Shown piece after piece: positions 21,501-30,673 of a stretch of 64,000 nucleotides of DNA. The first letter of the stretch is position 1. Every line of letters starts with the position of its first letter. This DNA comes from a virus. Lineage: Duplodnaviria; Caudoviricetes. The translations under genes and the position numbers were made by a program. The stretch spans positions 1 to 64,000 of the IMG/VR virus record IMGVR_UViG_3300021400_001341, one strand, 5' to 3'. The notes beneath the pieces were generated by a model. It was not told where the DNA came from and ran no database searches. It saw only the letters and a list, made by a program, of their open reading frames with translations.

Positions 21501-24500
21501 AAAAAGCATTGACCGAAGCAAAGAAATTTGTACAAGAATTCGATAAGACAATGACGTCTATTCAGATGATTACTTTGAAATCCGATGAACAGATGTCTAC
21601 ACTTGGAGACAGTCTAATTGCTAAAGCTAAAGAACTGAAAATCTCTGTAGCTGAAATAACGCAGTCTGCTGAAACGCTTTATCGTCAGGGCTTATCCGAC
21701 GAAGAAGTTGACGAACGACTGGATGTTATTTCGAAATTCTCTAAAGTTTCCGGCACAAAGGTTGACGCTGCAACCAAGTTGATTACGGTTGCAATGAACA
21801 CAGGTCTTGTTACAGACCCACGGATTGCTGCAGATGTTGTTACTGCGCTTGGCGACAACGCCGCAACAAACGCCTCAGAAATCGAGAAAGGTATTGAAAA
21901 GGCTGGTGCCGCAGCTGCTGCAGATGGAACAACATTTGCTCAGCTTGCTTCAATGCTGACTGCGATTACATCTACAACACAGATTGGCGGAAATGTAGCA
22001 GGTCGTACACTTAACACTATATTCGGCAGAATGAACAAGATAGGCACAAACGAGCTTATCTATGATGAAAACGGAAATGCTATTTCCGGATCTGATGTAT
22101 CAAAACTTCTTGCTGCTCAAGGAATTCGCACTTATGATGAAAAAGGAAATAAACGTTCATCCTATGATGTTCTGTACGACTTGTCACAAGTTTGGGATTC
22201 TCTTGAAGACGCAACTCAGCAACAGCTTGCTTCTCAGATAGCAGGAACTCGCCAGTACTCTAACTTTGCCGCAATTATGCAGGGTATGTCAGAAGGCAAA
22301 GTCAGTGAGTATATGTCTTTATCAGAAAATGCAGAAGGTATTACAGATCAGAAATATGAGATTTATACTAAAAGTTTACAAGCTTCTCTGACTGATCTTA
22401 AAAATACTTTTGACGCTCTTGTTGAAGACCTTGTTGATAAAGGTTATGTTCAGGATTTTATTTCCGGCATAACAACAATGATTAATGGTGTAGATAATCT
22501 GGTAAACGCCTTAGGCGGATTACAAATGGCTCTGCCTCTCGTGATGACCCTTGTCGGGGCTTTAAACGGCCTTAAGTTTGGAGGAGTCGGAGCTCTTGTT
22601 GGTGCTGCCATCGGTCTTGGCTCCTATGCGGGACTTACGGCTCTTGGACAAGGCGACAACAATGTCGACTTTGAACAGATCGCCATTGACGGACATAAGA
22701 AACAGACAGAAACAGCAAGATCCAATCTTGAAAAGGCTCAGAATATGTATGAGTCTTACAAGAACGGAAGACTATCTGAAGAAGAGGTATCTACATTTGA
22801 TAAGCTTTTATCAGACATTGATGTTTCTATTTCAGGAGCTTTCTCTGAAGCTGAAAGAGCTGCTCTTGGGTTAAGCGGAACATTCGAAAATGTCAGCGAT
22901 AAGCTTGACGCTTATGCTGCAGCAATCGAAGCTAAAGCTAAGAAGGAAACAGAGCAAGAATTTAGAAAATACACCAGCGTAGACCTATCTGATTTGATTG
23001 CGTCACGATATGAAAACGGTGACGGAAGAACATACACCGAAGACGAAAAAGCGTTTTATGACTATATAACCGAACATTACGCAGACGACGGGACGATCGG
23101 ATGGGGCCACAACGGAGTTGAAGATTACGTTCGGGATATTGTTTCCCGTGGGTTATCAAGTGATGGCAGTGTTAGCCCAGGATATTTTCTCGATGTTTAT
23201 AGAGACAGAATAAATGAATGGGTCAAACAAGGCAAATTCATCCAAGCGTATAAGAAAGAAGGAGATGAATATACTCCAATTCCTTATACGGACATCCAAG
23301 ATTTGTATAGAGATCTTGCTACTTATGACTTTGTTGACGAAAATGGAGTTGAAACTCAAGCTGGTAGCAACGTAAAAAAGCTGTTTGAATTGATTATGAC
23401 GTCTGGCGGCGATGCTGGCTTCAATGAAAACATGGAAAGCCAGGAAGCTTTTGCCAGAGATATTGTTTCTACTACCTATGGTGAAAGGCTTAAAACTTCT
23501 TTATCTAAGCTTGGTTATGTAGATGACAATCTTGCATCTCTTGTAACTGATGCGTATATCGATTCCGTAATGCAGGGCGTCCGCGGTCAAATAATAGAAT
23601 CGAATGCAATTGGTAGAGAGCCTGACATACCCGGAGCGATTGCAGACGAGTCTAAACGCATTTTTGGCAATATGTACGACTTCCTTCAGGCCGACAACCC
23701 TTTAAACGCGTTCCAAAATTACGTTATTGAATCAAAGAAACAAGATACGGAGTTCTTAGAGGAACACGCGGAAGAACTTAAAGGGCTAAACGATGAGGGA
23801 ATGTCTGCTGCTATCAGAGGAATTCTTTTCCCGACGGTTCCTGCTCTTAAAGAGGAAGAAGTTCAAGAGATAGCTCAGGATGTTCTTCATGCTGGCGCTG
23901 CGACAGGATATTCTACTTGGAGTACGGATAAATCTAATGCATATGGATTAGCCGCTGACGCAATGCTTCGTAATTTTGAATCTGCCGGTGTTTCAGACGC
24001 AGTATCACTTCGTGCTTACTTGCAAACAACGGACGGAAGAGACTGGAAATATTTAACGCAAAACAACGGAGAACTTGCTCAGCTTGTAAACTCTATACAA
24101 TACGACGAAGACGGAAATATCATTAATCCTGATGTCTATAATCAGATTATTGATACTTTATATGCAAACAGCAAAGCTCGTGGTGCTCGCTTTGTTCCTG
24201 AACAGGAAAAAGCCGAAAAAGCTCAGTCCATGCTTACTTCTATCGCCGAAGGCGAAGTTGGATATCTTTCTTGGGATGATGCCTTAGCCGCGGCAGAAGC
24301 AGAAGAACAAGCAAACAGAGATACATATGAAGCATCAATTCAAGAAGCACTAACCAGAACCAGAGAGAAATACAAAGAAACTCAATCGCCTGAAGAACTT
24401 GAAAAAGGAATGGCTCGTTATGAAGAGTTGTATCGTGAGAACAATCCTTATACCGGTCAAACCGCAGAGCAGATTGCTGCTGGATACCGTATTTATACGG

Positions 24501-27500
24501 CAGACGAACAGAAGTATCTTAAAGAAACTGTTGGAGAAGAGTTATACGACAGATTAACCGGCAAAAATGGACAGACCGCATCGATTGAAGAACAGGCTTA
24601 TGCGCAAACTTTAGTTAACAACAAGAGATATGGTATTTCCGGATTAACATCACGTCAGCAACTTGAGGGAATGCATGATGTCCAGAGGATCATATCTGAA
24701 GGTAGTTTAGCAAACTATAGCGAACCGGTTGCAAATGCGTATATGGCTCAATTTGCCGGATGGGGCGAATATTCTTCTTTAATCAAACGTCAACAAGCAG
24801 GAGAAATACTTAGTCCGGAAGAACAAAAACAGCTTGAAACACTTCAACAGAACTTTGATAACATTGTACAAAGCGCTCAGATTAAAGTAGATATTGAAGG
24901 AGTTCAGCAGCTTGAATCAGCCGGAAAAGTAGCCGAAGGAACTGCTGCTAAGCTCGAGAAACTTCAAAAAGACGGCCATATCGCTATTGAAGTGGAAACA
25001 TCTCTTAAGACAGAAGCTTTCGATCAGGCACAGCAAAACGCTAAACTCGTTAACGGTACACAAACAGAACGCGACGAAGTTGCCATGGCTCTTCTTGGCA
25101 TGTCTCGCGAGCAATATTACGCAAATCGTAACGATAACTATCAACTTGCATTGAACACACAGTCCGCTCGAAATACTCTTAATGGTAATACATGGGCTGA
25201 ATTGTATAATGCTGACGGTTTAACTGATGAGCAGCGTGCTGCTATAGATGCAGCTGCTCGCGCTGCTGGATATCGTGCAATCGAATCTGATGTTTATTAC
25301 GATGATACCGGTCGCCATTCTACCCGTGGATACGAATATGCCAATGAAGGCAGCGTGGAACACGTTGGCAGATATGTTGGCACTGAACGTACTCGTACAG
25401 AGTCTGAACTAACAGCTGCAAGGCTTCGAATTGTTAATGGTACTCTTACTGCAGAAAGCGATAATGAACTTTACAACGCCGCGGTTGGTGGACTTGGTAC
25501 ATATGGTCAGAAAGTTCTGTGGGCTCGTGAGAACGGAACATACAACGAGTTAGACGAAGAAACAAAACGACTTGCTCGTCAGGAAGCGGAACAAGCTGCT
25601 AAAGACGCTCGTGAAGCGGAAATGCTTGAAAGAGCCAGGCTTAGTTCTCAAACTGCTGGCGGTGCGTTTGCCTATCAACAAGTTCAATACGAACAGAATA
25701 ATAAAGCGGCTCTAGCTGCCGAAGCTATCTTTGGTTCTCTTACGCCAAACAAAGTAAAGAACTGGGATGACTTGATGAACTCCGTTAATGGTTCTCAGGC
25801 ATCCAACTGGAAAGAACTAATTAACTCTTCGGCGGATTTGTCTAAGAAGCTATCTGACATGGGCGTAACCGTTGACGATGCAGGGCAGCTTGACTTTTCT
25901 GAAGTTGAAGCGTCTGGTTACGAATTAGCTGATGTTCTAAACATTCTTCGTCAGGCAGCATCCGATGCTTCTGACAGTCTTAACGGGTTTAAAGAAGTGT
26001 TGTCCACTGGTGAATCTGCTGCTCGCGCTCAAGCTTATTTCAACGGAGAATTTGACGCCGAGAACAAAAATCGTGAGGCATTTGCTTCTTACATCGACAA
26101 CCAGCAGATAGCGGATATCGTTCAGAATAACGAATTAGCTTATCGTGCTCAGCAAGAAGAATATGACGAATACATGTCTCTTAGCGCTCGAGACCGTATA
26201 ACGTGGCGTGAGAATCATGGATATCGTCCTACGAAGCCAAACGAGTATGATCCGTTTGCCGGACTTGAAGGAGAAAACCTTCTGTATGCTCAGAGTTTAT
26301 ATGCTAATGCTGCATACGGTAATCCGGCTCTTTCTGAAGTTGAAAGAATTAATGGATTTAACATGTTATTTGGTTCGGCTCGCAATGGCACAATAGGCGA
26401 ACTTCGTAATGCTGACAGGGTTGGATACTATCAGGACTATGTTGGCGCTGTATCTGGCGGAGATGAATATCTCCGTATGATAGAGCAAATACAAGAATAC
26501 GAATCCAGCTCTGGTGTTAAAGTAAACCTTAATGATTATGATCAGCTTTCTAAAGCCTTTGGAGGCTCTAGAGATGAAGCTTCTCGCTTCTTACAGGTTC
26601 AAAAAGACGTTAGAGCAGAACTTGCCGGGGCATCTGCGAGGGCAACAAAGAAAGCCGGAGAATATACAGACGCATATGCTGATTCTCTGTCCAGGCTTAA
26701 TAAAGGCGGCGTAACCGCACGTAAAGAAATGGCTCGTCTTACAGACGAGATGAAAGATTATCAGGACGGAATAACTGCAGCGCAACAATCAAAAGGCAAA
26801 ACTGGTAAACAGATTGTTAAAGATAAGACTGCTGTAAAGATGTTTAATCAATATCTTGGGTTTGATGAAGACGACATTAGAACCTGGGGTAAAGATGAAG
26901 CAGCAAGAATGTCTGATCTACTCAACGACACTGTTCAAGAACAGTTTTCTGAAGAGAATTTCAGATCTATGCTGCAAGGCGCTTTTGATGACATTAGTGC
27001 TTCTGTTGGCGGAGATCCGATTGAGATTGATAAAATTATTGATCTGATCGTAAATCCACAAACTGGAAACATCGATTATTCAGCGTTTGTTGCACTTCTC
27101 CAGTCTATCGATTCTGATTATGCGGCAATAGCAGAAGAGTATTCTGGACACCTGCTTGATTGGTTTATTACTATTTCTAAGATAATGAATGGTGACAGCG
27201 CCTCTGTATCTGTTGATAGATCCGTTGGCAAACTTAAATCTGGTAGCGGCAAGAGCCCGTATAACAAACGTTCATCTGGTGGAGGTGGCGGTGGAAAATC
27301 CAAAACCGACGCCATCATTGAAGGCCAGAGCCATTACATTAAGCGTCGTGAACACGATGTTACCATGGCTCAAGAGCGTGAAACTCGCTATGAGAAAGTT
27401 AACAACTATCAAGGATATTTAAACGCTCTTAACGATGAAATTGCTGCTCAGGAAAGATTGAAGAGTCAATATAGTGCAAATATTACCGCTCTGACAGAAC

Positions 27501-30500
27501 AGTTATCTACTTTGAAAGAAGGCACTGAAGAGTGGTATAAATGTCAAGAAGCTATTGATTCTGCTGAAGAATCAATGGCAAAAATTGATAACGAAATTGA
27601 CTCTATCAACTCTAAAAAGATTAACATCACAGAAACTAAACAAGCGAACCAAGATAAACCTATCTCTCATGCTTCGACGATGTTGCAGCTTAAAGCGGAA
27701 AACTACCTCGAACAAGGACAATTTGAAAAATATGAAGCTGTAACAAGAGCTCAAATTGCAAATTATGCAAATGATATTTCAGTCAACAATCAGCAGATTG
27801 CTGAATGGGAAGAACTTCTTGCCACATACGAAGAAGGAAGCTCTGATTGGATTACTGTGAGAGATAAGATTTGGGAAATTAAAGAACAAAATGCTGAACT
27901 TGAGAATGATATGCTCAAGGAAACGCATGCGCTTGAACAAGCTAAGATTTCTCAAATTGCAACAGATCTTCAGAATGCGCTTGCTCCTCTCGAGCATGAA
28001 CAAAACATGCTCGACACATGGGGCAACATTTATCAAAACGATCGACAGTATGGTGCATATCGCGGAGCTCTCTCTGCGCAAAGCGAGTTGAACCGCGGCA
28101 GAGCTGAGTTCTACCAAAGCTCTATTAATGAACTTCAAGCTCAGATGAAAACGCTCGAAGAAGGATCTCAGGCATGGCTTGATGCCAGGTCGGCGATCTA
28201 CGAGTATCAGGAAGCTCTGGCTCAGGTTACTGCTTCTATCCAAGAAAACGATACGGCCATTGAAGAGTCTTATGTGTCCGAGCTTACAAATCGTTATGAA
28301 GACGCTTCAAGAACTGCTGAGCATGAACTTAAGATGGTTCAAACTATGGCCGCTAGATACAAAGAAGAAGGCGACTATACAAATTACGAGCATATGCTTG
28401 AAGCTCAGCGCGATCTCATGGGTAATCAACTTGCGGTCCAAAGGAACAGCCTTGCCGAGATGGAGGCACTGTTTAACAGTGGAAAGTTGCGTGAAGGCTC
28501 TGAACAGTGGAGAGTTCTGAGGGAACAGATTATGTCTCTTCGGGAGACTGTTCTTGCAACCGAAAACGATTATGCTTCCTTGGTAAGAGAGGTTCGGTTG
28601 ACCAAGTTTGAAAACACTGTCGAACAATTTAACACTAAAGATAATGAAGTTCAGCATGAACTCAGAATGATTCAGTACGATGAAACAAGATATCAGAACG
28701 CTGGAGAACTTACCAATTACGGTAAAGCTCTCGAATGGGATAACGCCGCGCAACAGCGCAGGGCCGATCTTATTCAGGAACAGATCGATCTGCTTAAAGA
28801 GCAGAGAGATGCCGCAAGAGATGATCCGCAGCTGTATAACAAGATCGATGCTGAAATCATGAAGATGGAAGAACAGCTGGCTTCAACAAATAACACTATT
28901 GAGAAGAATAACAAACTAATTGAGAAGAACCAGGATGCCATTCGTAAACTGCAACAGAATATAGAGAACACTTTGGATAAAGAAATCAAAGCTCGTAAAA
29001 AGTTTGAAAGAGATATGCTTGCTGGCACGATTGCTACTCAGAGCAGCATGCTCGAAGTAATTAAGAAGCGTTATACGGACGAGTTCAATCTTGTTAAAAA
29101 GGATATCGAGAATAAAAAGAAAGCTCTGAACCAAGAGAAGTCTCTTATCAATGAGCGTCTTAATGCTCGTAAAAGGGCGATTGATGCAGAAGATAAGTAT
29201 GAGACTCTTGCGGAATATCAGAAACAGCTTGCTATTATTTCTGCTGATCCTACTCGATCCAAGGACGCTAAAGAGCTTCGTAGAAAGATCGCAGACCTTC
29301 AGAAAGAAATTTCTTGGAGTATTATCACAGAAGATCAGGCAAAAGCCGAAACAGAAGCGATTGACGATCAGATTAAAGCGCTCGACGATGAGGTGCAGGT
29401 ACGAACTGAAGATTTAAATGAGATGCTTGAAGATTCAAGAAACTTTGCTGACGAGTTGAACAAGATCATGGGTGGTTCCTATGAAGATTACGTATCTTGG
29501 ATGAAAGAAAATTCTGAATCATATAAGAACGCTACAGATGAAACTCGTAAACAAATGGAACTTGGATGGCATGATACATGGCTCAAGATGAAAGGCGAAA
29601 CCGAAACTTACTGGGAAGAAGTAGCGGCTTTCATGCAGAATAAGGATGACTTCCTTAACTTTATGAAGCAGTCGCAAGAGTATATCAACGCTTCTGACGT
29701 TGGTAAGATCAGTCTCGAACGTCAATGGTCTGAAATGTATGATGACTATCAGGCATCGCTTGTTGATAACGCAGAATTCTATGACAATCACGAAGTTCTT
29801 GAGAAAATGTCCGAAATGAAAGACTGGACCTACAAGGTTGAACCTATTGTAGACCCGACCTATAATTACGGACAATACTCAACAGGTCTTGAATATTTGT
29901 GGTATAGAGATAAAGACAACACAGCTGGTGTCGCACAGGCTGCTATTGATCAGGCTTATGATCAGTACAGTTCTATTGTCGGCAGCGAAGCAAGTCTCTA
30001 TGAGTCTCAAAGAAAGAAAGAAGAAGAATCCAGCGTTCCTCAGATTACAATTAATGTATCTGGCGGAAGCAGTAGTGGAGGAACAACGACTACTACTACT
30101 CCAACAACTACGGATACTGATAAATATTTTGAAGTGTATGACGAACGTGGAATCAGAACAAACTATGTTATCAACGCAAAAGATAAGAGTGCTGCGAAAA
30201 CAAAGTTGAAGAGCACGCTTGGAGATAAATATTACTCAGTAAGCGGATCTGGAATGGACACTAAGCCGACATGGGCTACAAAGGTATATAAACATGGCGG
30301 GCTTATTGACTTTACTGGCCCTGCGTGGGTCGATGGGACAAAGCTTGAACCTGAAGGAATTCTGTCTGCTTACGACACGAAGGCAATTCAGGCTCTTACT
30401 GATGTGCTCGACCGTGTTTATGTTGCTCCAGGCTATGCTCCTTCTTCCGAATACTTCACGAGAGGCAACACAAATATTGGAGACATTAATGTCACTATCA

Positions 30501-30616
30501 ATCAAGCCGAACTTAAAGACGATGCCGACTTTAATGATGTTGCCCGTCGCGTTGGAAAAGTCATCACAAAGCAACTCAATAAAGAAGGTTTCAATTTAGG
30601 ACGGTACGCATTTTAA
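15596..30616 (+). CDS. giant tape measure protein carrying an N-terminal DPBB RNA polymerase-like domain
   Basis: TP901-type TMP core (EFDKTMTSIQ...LYRQGL, about 21530-22300), hydrophobic segments about 22510-22650, long coiled coils and a HGGLIDFTGPAWVDG C-terminal motif; RNAP motifs including DFDGD at 18758-18772; lies between chaperone and Dit. Confidence 0.9.
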   Translation: MDSEILTLQVDINDDPMNQKVDAIEERLSTLQKDAKQVAKDVTPSTESLPGYNDAFIRKLADWEKSLTDIGRTRSSMEHAMSSYEQKDLSTSYKRKVEIANRSIKDLANSQTLVSELLNSFGPGMSQVFSKGLEGIVSQLSTGIKTTAMSISSEVSRKLTDDEIVDRYMRSGEYGRIVQKLNKTHPNASKVYTPQNMRQYLMANVPMSVPQYMREAITGGSQVPILKQPESYREMLPKSFQKIEPHAERGQIRQLGQISHANETLSTDEISALGRIVRNNRYAADAAVKAGIISKSGQKIYFNHAANHDMMDAMAGFIMDDMTRAAQGERKYGIDNVENPNFWKNISNKRGSNKVFDGTLAAAYAMHDAFGSWLNPGRFGTGFMPFSAASGNAEYLGRINHSPRKTSRAFAEYTLDMMQNGAQISGMHPIVQDKNGRWTELSRINGPVSAKNSPTGKSITPDDFHTISMNDSLLYKMVMSSPNAKRVGQNGFSDNMFYLKFSDELGDPGLTKERRAELQQQYADLFRNGYKVNGEDYIRTRISKTHAEFMKAAIVDDIGRKALGMEYARPGDQPLDEATAAKVRKAGLDALSNGGYSNGHSGHFDTFKPFAKTMYNQNNMATEGESLATWLGTTFGFRGNDTTAKMIRQGMGENERQRIMEDFGTPNMKVVVGSFGKADMDGSNWISDRISSKGFQGRTFNGKATYVPINMMDMRARNFQQIEMTEEAQRRVAEINAQAQKDIEEANRTLSGKKLAKRLNSIESHRAKNEAYAVAQLGGDWIIPGAGINGNDLRVSKDTDVIEDVNNIKNFKTHLQDDVKSGKITQEQMNEMRSRDYSRDEIFAKTTYDDANTSSRWLSKQVINSSMNAGFRDPRVQQYFNKVFFDELARMDDDQYVRDLLFKGDQSVDLQSEKAQKTISDHIAGMWAQYNEGDRLLPTGAFKFAMAAPNPQSVINNRLKAAGIALTPEQNALELGNNQVISMESLNKQLGIIRFPATKTGNVTVNNVSAEQLIKNGGATKSQIERLAKSSGIVDTKGLYFAPDSPILKLLQGEDFDGDLNGYFGLSDNMNPKEAKEFSEAMRIIGNASDKEVEQIWGAKPGTPEFEAAWKKQEARKEAQTRQSVAKVGGYDLSNPDDAAAYLVNVPREHAMMGAAERSADMAALYYAGLNDPKIRGNLAQAIKDYESQYDVVSTNMKTDESWKRTNEQAYAADRGLSFSRMFKYANDAIQTTGENDESVRIWNGKSQEYLRDKNVDQLGLPSLFQGSIMGTLMGRMKSRQQGIDPEGGIYNWDQVLDAVKLPEGVSADSEQGKFVQMMRGVRKGFLESKYLVASNQTVDALQAQYEKAVGEIESSIDPTSPEGRALKKERLKAIGAQAFDNFKQYGATERNLANATWAQASLDDFAKQNGVSVDQLVGNASFVAGVQAAVQASEPEKTFQRPEAVKNATVTTSKTLPEEARAPFEQKTAQEMLAQETPQQQAKRLLKEAGVRNRDTILDANQRDALVSAIANNDLAALIELNGVGKKNAPKIMAALQGSSLLGLKTTSPEEMQKAVATATAPSVAPKAQPEPELVCGVCGTTYPASMGHCPNEANHPNKKKQTKGEKQQTPTQPTTPPPTTPSPTTPAQPQAQSPSPYGGTTPSWGGNNPPPGGPPNNPPSGGPLSPSSGGNSWDAQAAQAYYGQLMGRAQEFSGKLFGEILNYEQQNKGEFDSIIKANRNDAIAARYEQQIRDFQASADYQYLTDDQKRNMDNLISPRNGLVAKAGRDFSEMSMFSTSQLLENIGNAEQKASGTYDAQVEALNKWDEKIKEVEADQKRLLEMSSDPKYSKDLQDQFKKSADKIGEDLTSINRSRQNIEISMQDQNQKTFDKQIENLENKRHPGNKYEQQSRQYQQQISDIRDNLTSKHNAGLISDDAFNKDMGRLKDLEKQTSVSALSMQDAFKSIGTSLTKSLTNLASRFGRQLFQKALTEAKKFVQEFDKTMTSIQMITLKSDEQMSTLGDSLIAKAKELKISVAEITQSAETLYRQGLSDEEVDERLDVISKFSKVSGTKVDAATKLITVAMNTGLVTDPRIAADVVTALGDNAATNASEIEKGIEKAGAAAAADGTTFAQLASMLTAITSTTQIGGNVAGRTLNTIFGRMNKIGTNELIYDENGNAISGSDVSKLLAAQGIRTYDEKGNKRSSYDVLYDLSQVWDSLEDATQQQLASQIAGTRQYSNFAAIMQGMSEGKVSEYMSLSENAEGITDQKYEIYTKSLQASLTDLKNTFDALVEDLVDKGYVQDFISGITTMINGVDNLVNALGGLQMALPLVMTLVGALNGLKFGGVGALVGAAIGLGSYAGLTALGQGDNNVDFEQIAIDGHKKQTETARSNLEKAQNMYESYKNGRLSEEEVSTFDKLLSDIDVSISGAFSEAERAALGLSGTFENVSDKLDAYAAAIEAKAKKETEQEFRKYTSVDLSDLIASRYENGDGRTYTEDEKAFYDYITEHYADDGTIGWGHNGVEDYVRDIVSRGLSSDGSVSPGYFLDVYRDRINEWVKQGKFIQAYKKEGDEYTPIPYTDIQDLYRDLATYDFVDENGVETQAGSNVKKLFELIMTSGGDAGFNENMESQEAFARDIVSTTYGERLKTSLSKLGYVDDNLASLVTDAYIDSVMQGVRGQIIESNAIGREPDIPGAIADESKRIFGNMYDFLQADNPLNAFQNYVIESKKQDTEFLEEHAEELKGLNDEGMSAAIRGILFPTVPALKEEEVQEIAQDVLHAGAATGYSTWSTDKSNAYGLAADAMLRNFESAGVSDAVSLRAYLQTTDGRDWKYLTQNNGELAQLVNSIQYDEDGNIINPDVYNQIIDTLYANSKARGARFVPEQEKAEKAQSMLTSIAEGEVGYLSWDDALAAAEAEEQANRDTYEASIQEALTRTREKYKETQSPEELEKGMARYEELYRENNPYTGQTAEQIAAGYRIYTADEQKYLKETVGEELYDRLTGKNGQTASIEEQAYAQTLVNNKRYGISGLTSRQQLEGMHDVQRIISEGSLANYSEPVANAYMAQFAGWGEYSSLIKRQQAGEILSPEEQKQLETLQQNFDNIVQSAQIKVDIEGVQQLESAGKVAEGTAAKLEKLQKDGHIAIEVETSLKTEAFDQAQQNAKLVNGTQTERDEVAMALLGMSREQYYANRNDNYQLALNTQSARNTLNGNTWAELYNADGLTDEQRAAIDAAARAAGYRAIESDVYYDDTGRHSTRGYEYANEGSVEHVGRYVGTERTRTESELTAARLRIVNGTLTAESDNELYNAAVGGLGTYGQKVLWARENGTYNELDEETKRLARQEAEQAAKDAREAEMLERARLSSQTAGGAFAYQQVQYEQNNKAALAAEAIFGSLTPNKVKNWDDLMNSVNGSQASNWKELINSSADLSKKLSDMGVTVDDAGQLDFSEVEASGYELADVLNILRQAASDASDSLNGFKEVLSTGESAARAQAYFNGEFDAENKNREAFASYIDNQQIADIVQNNELAYRAQQEEYDEYMSLSARDRITWRENHGYRPTKPNEYDPFAGLEGENLLYAQSLYANAAYGNPALSEVERINGFNMLFGSARNGTIGELRNADRVGYYQDYVGAVSGGDEYLRMIEQIQEYESSSGVKVNLNDYDQLSKAFGGSRDEASRFLQVQKDVRAELAGASARATKKAGEYTDAYADSLSRLNKGGVTARKEMARLTDEMKDYQDGITAAQQSKGKTGKQIVKDKTAVKMFNQYLGFDEDDIRTWGKDEAARMSDLLNDTVQEQFSEENFRSMLQGAFDDISASVGGDPIEIDKIIDLIVNPQTGNIDYSAFVALLQSIDSDYAAIAEEYSGHLLDWFITISKIMNGDSASVSVDRSVGKLKSGSGKSPYNKRSSGGGGGGKSKTDAIIEGQSHYIKRREHDVTMAQERETRYEKVNNYQGYLNALNDEIAAQERLKSQYSANITALTEQLSTLKEGTEEWYKCQEAIDSAEESMAKIDNEIDSINSKKINITETKQANQDKPISHASTMLQLKAENYLEQGQFEKYEAVTRAQIANYANDISVNNQQIAEWEELLATYEEGSSDWITVRDKIWEIKEQNAELENDMLKETHALEQAKISQIATDLQNALAPLEHEQNMLDTWGNIYQNDRQYGAYRGALSAQSELNRGRAEFYQSSINELQAQMKTLEEGSQAWLDARSAIYEYQEALAQVTASIQENDTAIEESYVSELTNRYEDASRTAEHELKMVQTMAARYKEEGDYTNYEHMLEAQRDLMGNQLAVQRNSLAEMEALFNSGKLREGSEQWRVLREQIMSLRETVLATENDYASLVREVRLTKFENTVEQFNTKDNEVQHELRMIQYDETRYQNAGELTNYGKALEWDNAAQQRRADLIQEQIDLLKEQRDAARDDPQLYNKIDAEIMKMEEQLASTNNTIEKNNKLIEKNQDAIRKLQQNIENTLDKEIKARKKFERDMLAGTIATQSSMLEVIKKRYTDEFNLVKKDIENKKKALNQEKSLINERLNARKRAIDAEDKYETLAEYQKQLAIISADPTRSKDAKELRRKIADLQKEISWSIITEDQAKAETEAIDDQIKALDDEVQVRTEDLNEMLEDSRNFADELNKIMGGSYEDYVSWMKENSESYKNATDETRKQMELGWHDTWLKMKGETETYWEEVAAFMQNKDDFLNFMKQSQEYINASDVGKISLERQWSEMYDDYQASLVDNAEFYDNHEVLEKMSEMKDWTYKVEPIVDPTYNYGQYSTGLEYLWYRDKDNTAGVAQAAIDQAYDQYSSIVGSEASLYESQRKKEEESSVPQITINVSGGSSSGGTTTTTTPTTTDTDKYFEVYDERGIRTNYVINAKDKSAAKTKLKSTLGDKYYSVSGSGMDTKPTWATKVYKHGGLIDFTGPAWVDGTKLEPEGILSAYDTKAIQALTDVLDRVYVAPGYAPSSEYFTRGNTNIGDINVTINQAELKDDADFNDVARRVGKVITKQLNKEGFNLGRYAF

Positions 30617-30622
30617 CTAACT

Positions 30623-30650
30623 GGGGAGAGGAGTTTCTTCTCCTCTCCCC
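30623..30650 (+). terminator. hairpin after tape measure gene
   Basis: GGGGAGAGGAG/CTCCTCTCCCC 11-bp stem with weak U-tail. Confidence 0.6.
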
Positions 30651-30673
30651 TACCATTTTGCATTGAAAGGCAG

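Noticed and set aside
15596-30616. Intein or intron explaining the TMP size
   Set aside because: No C...HN intein ends or LAGLIDADG/HNH motifs noticed; the frame is uninterrupted
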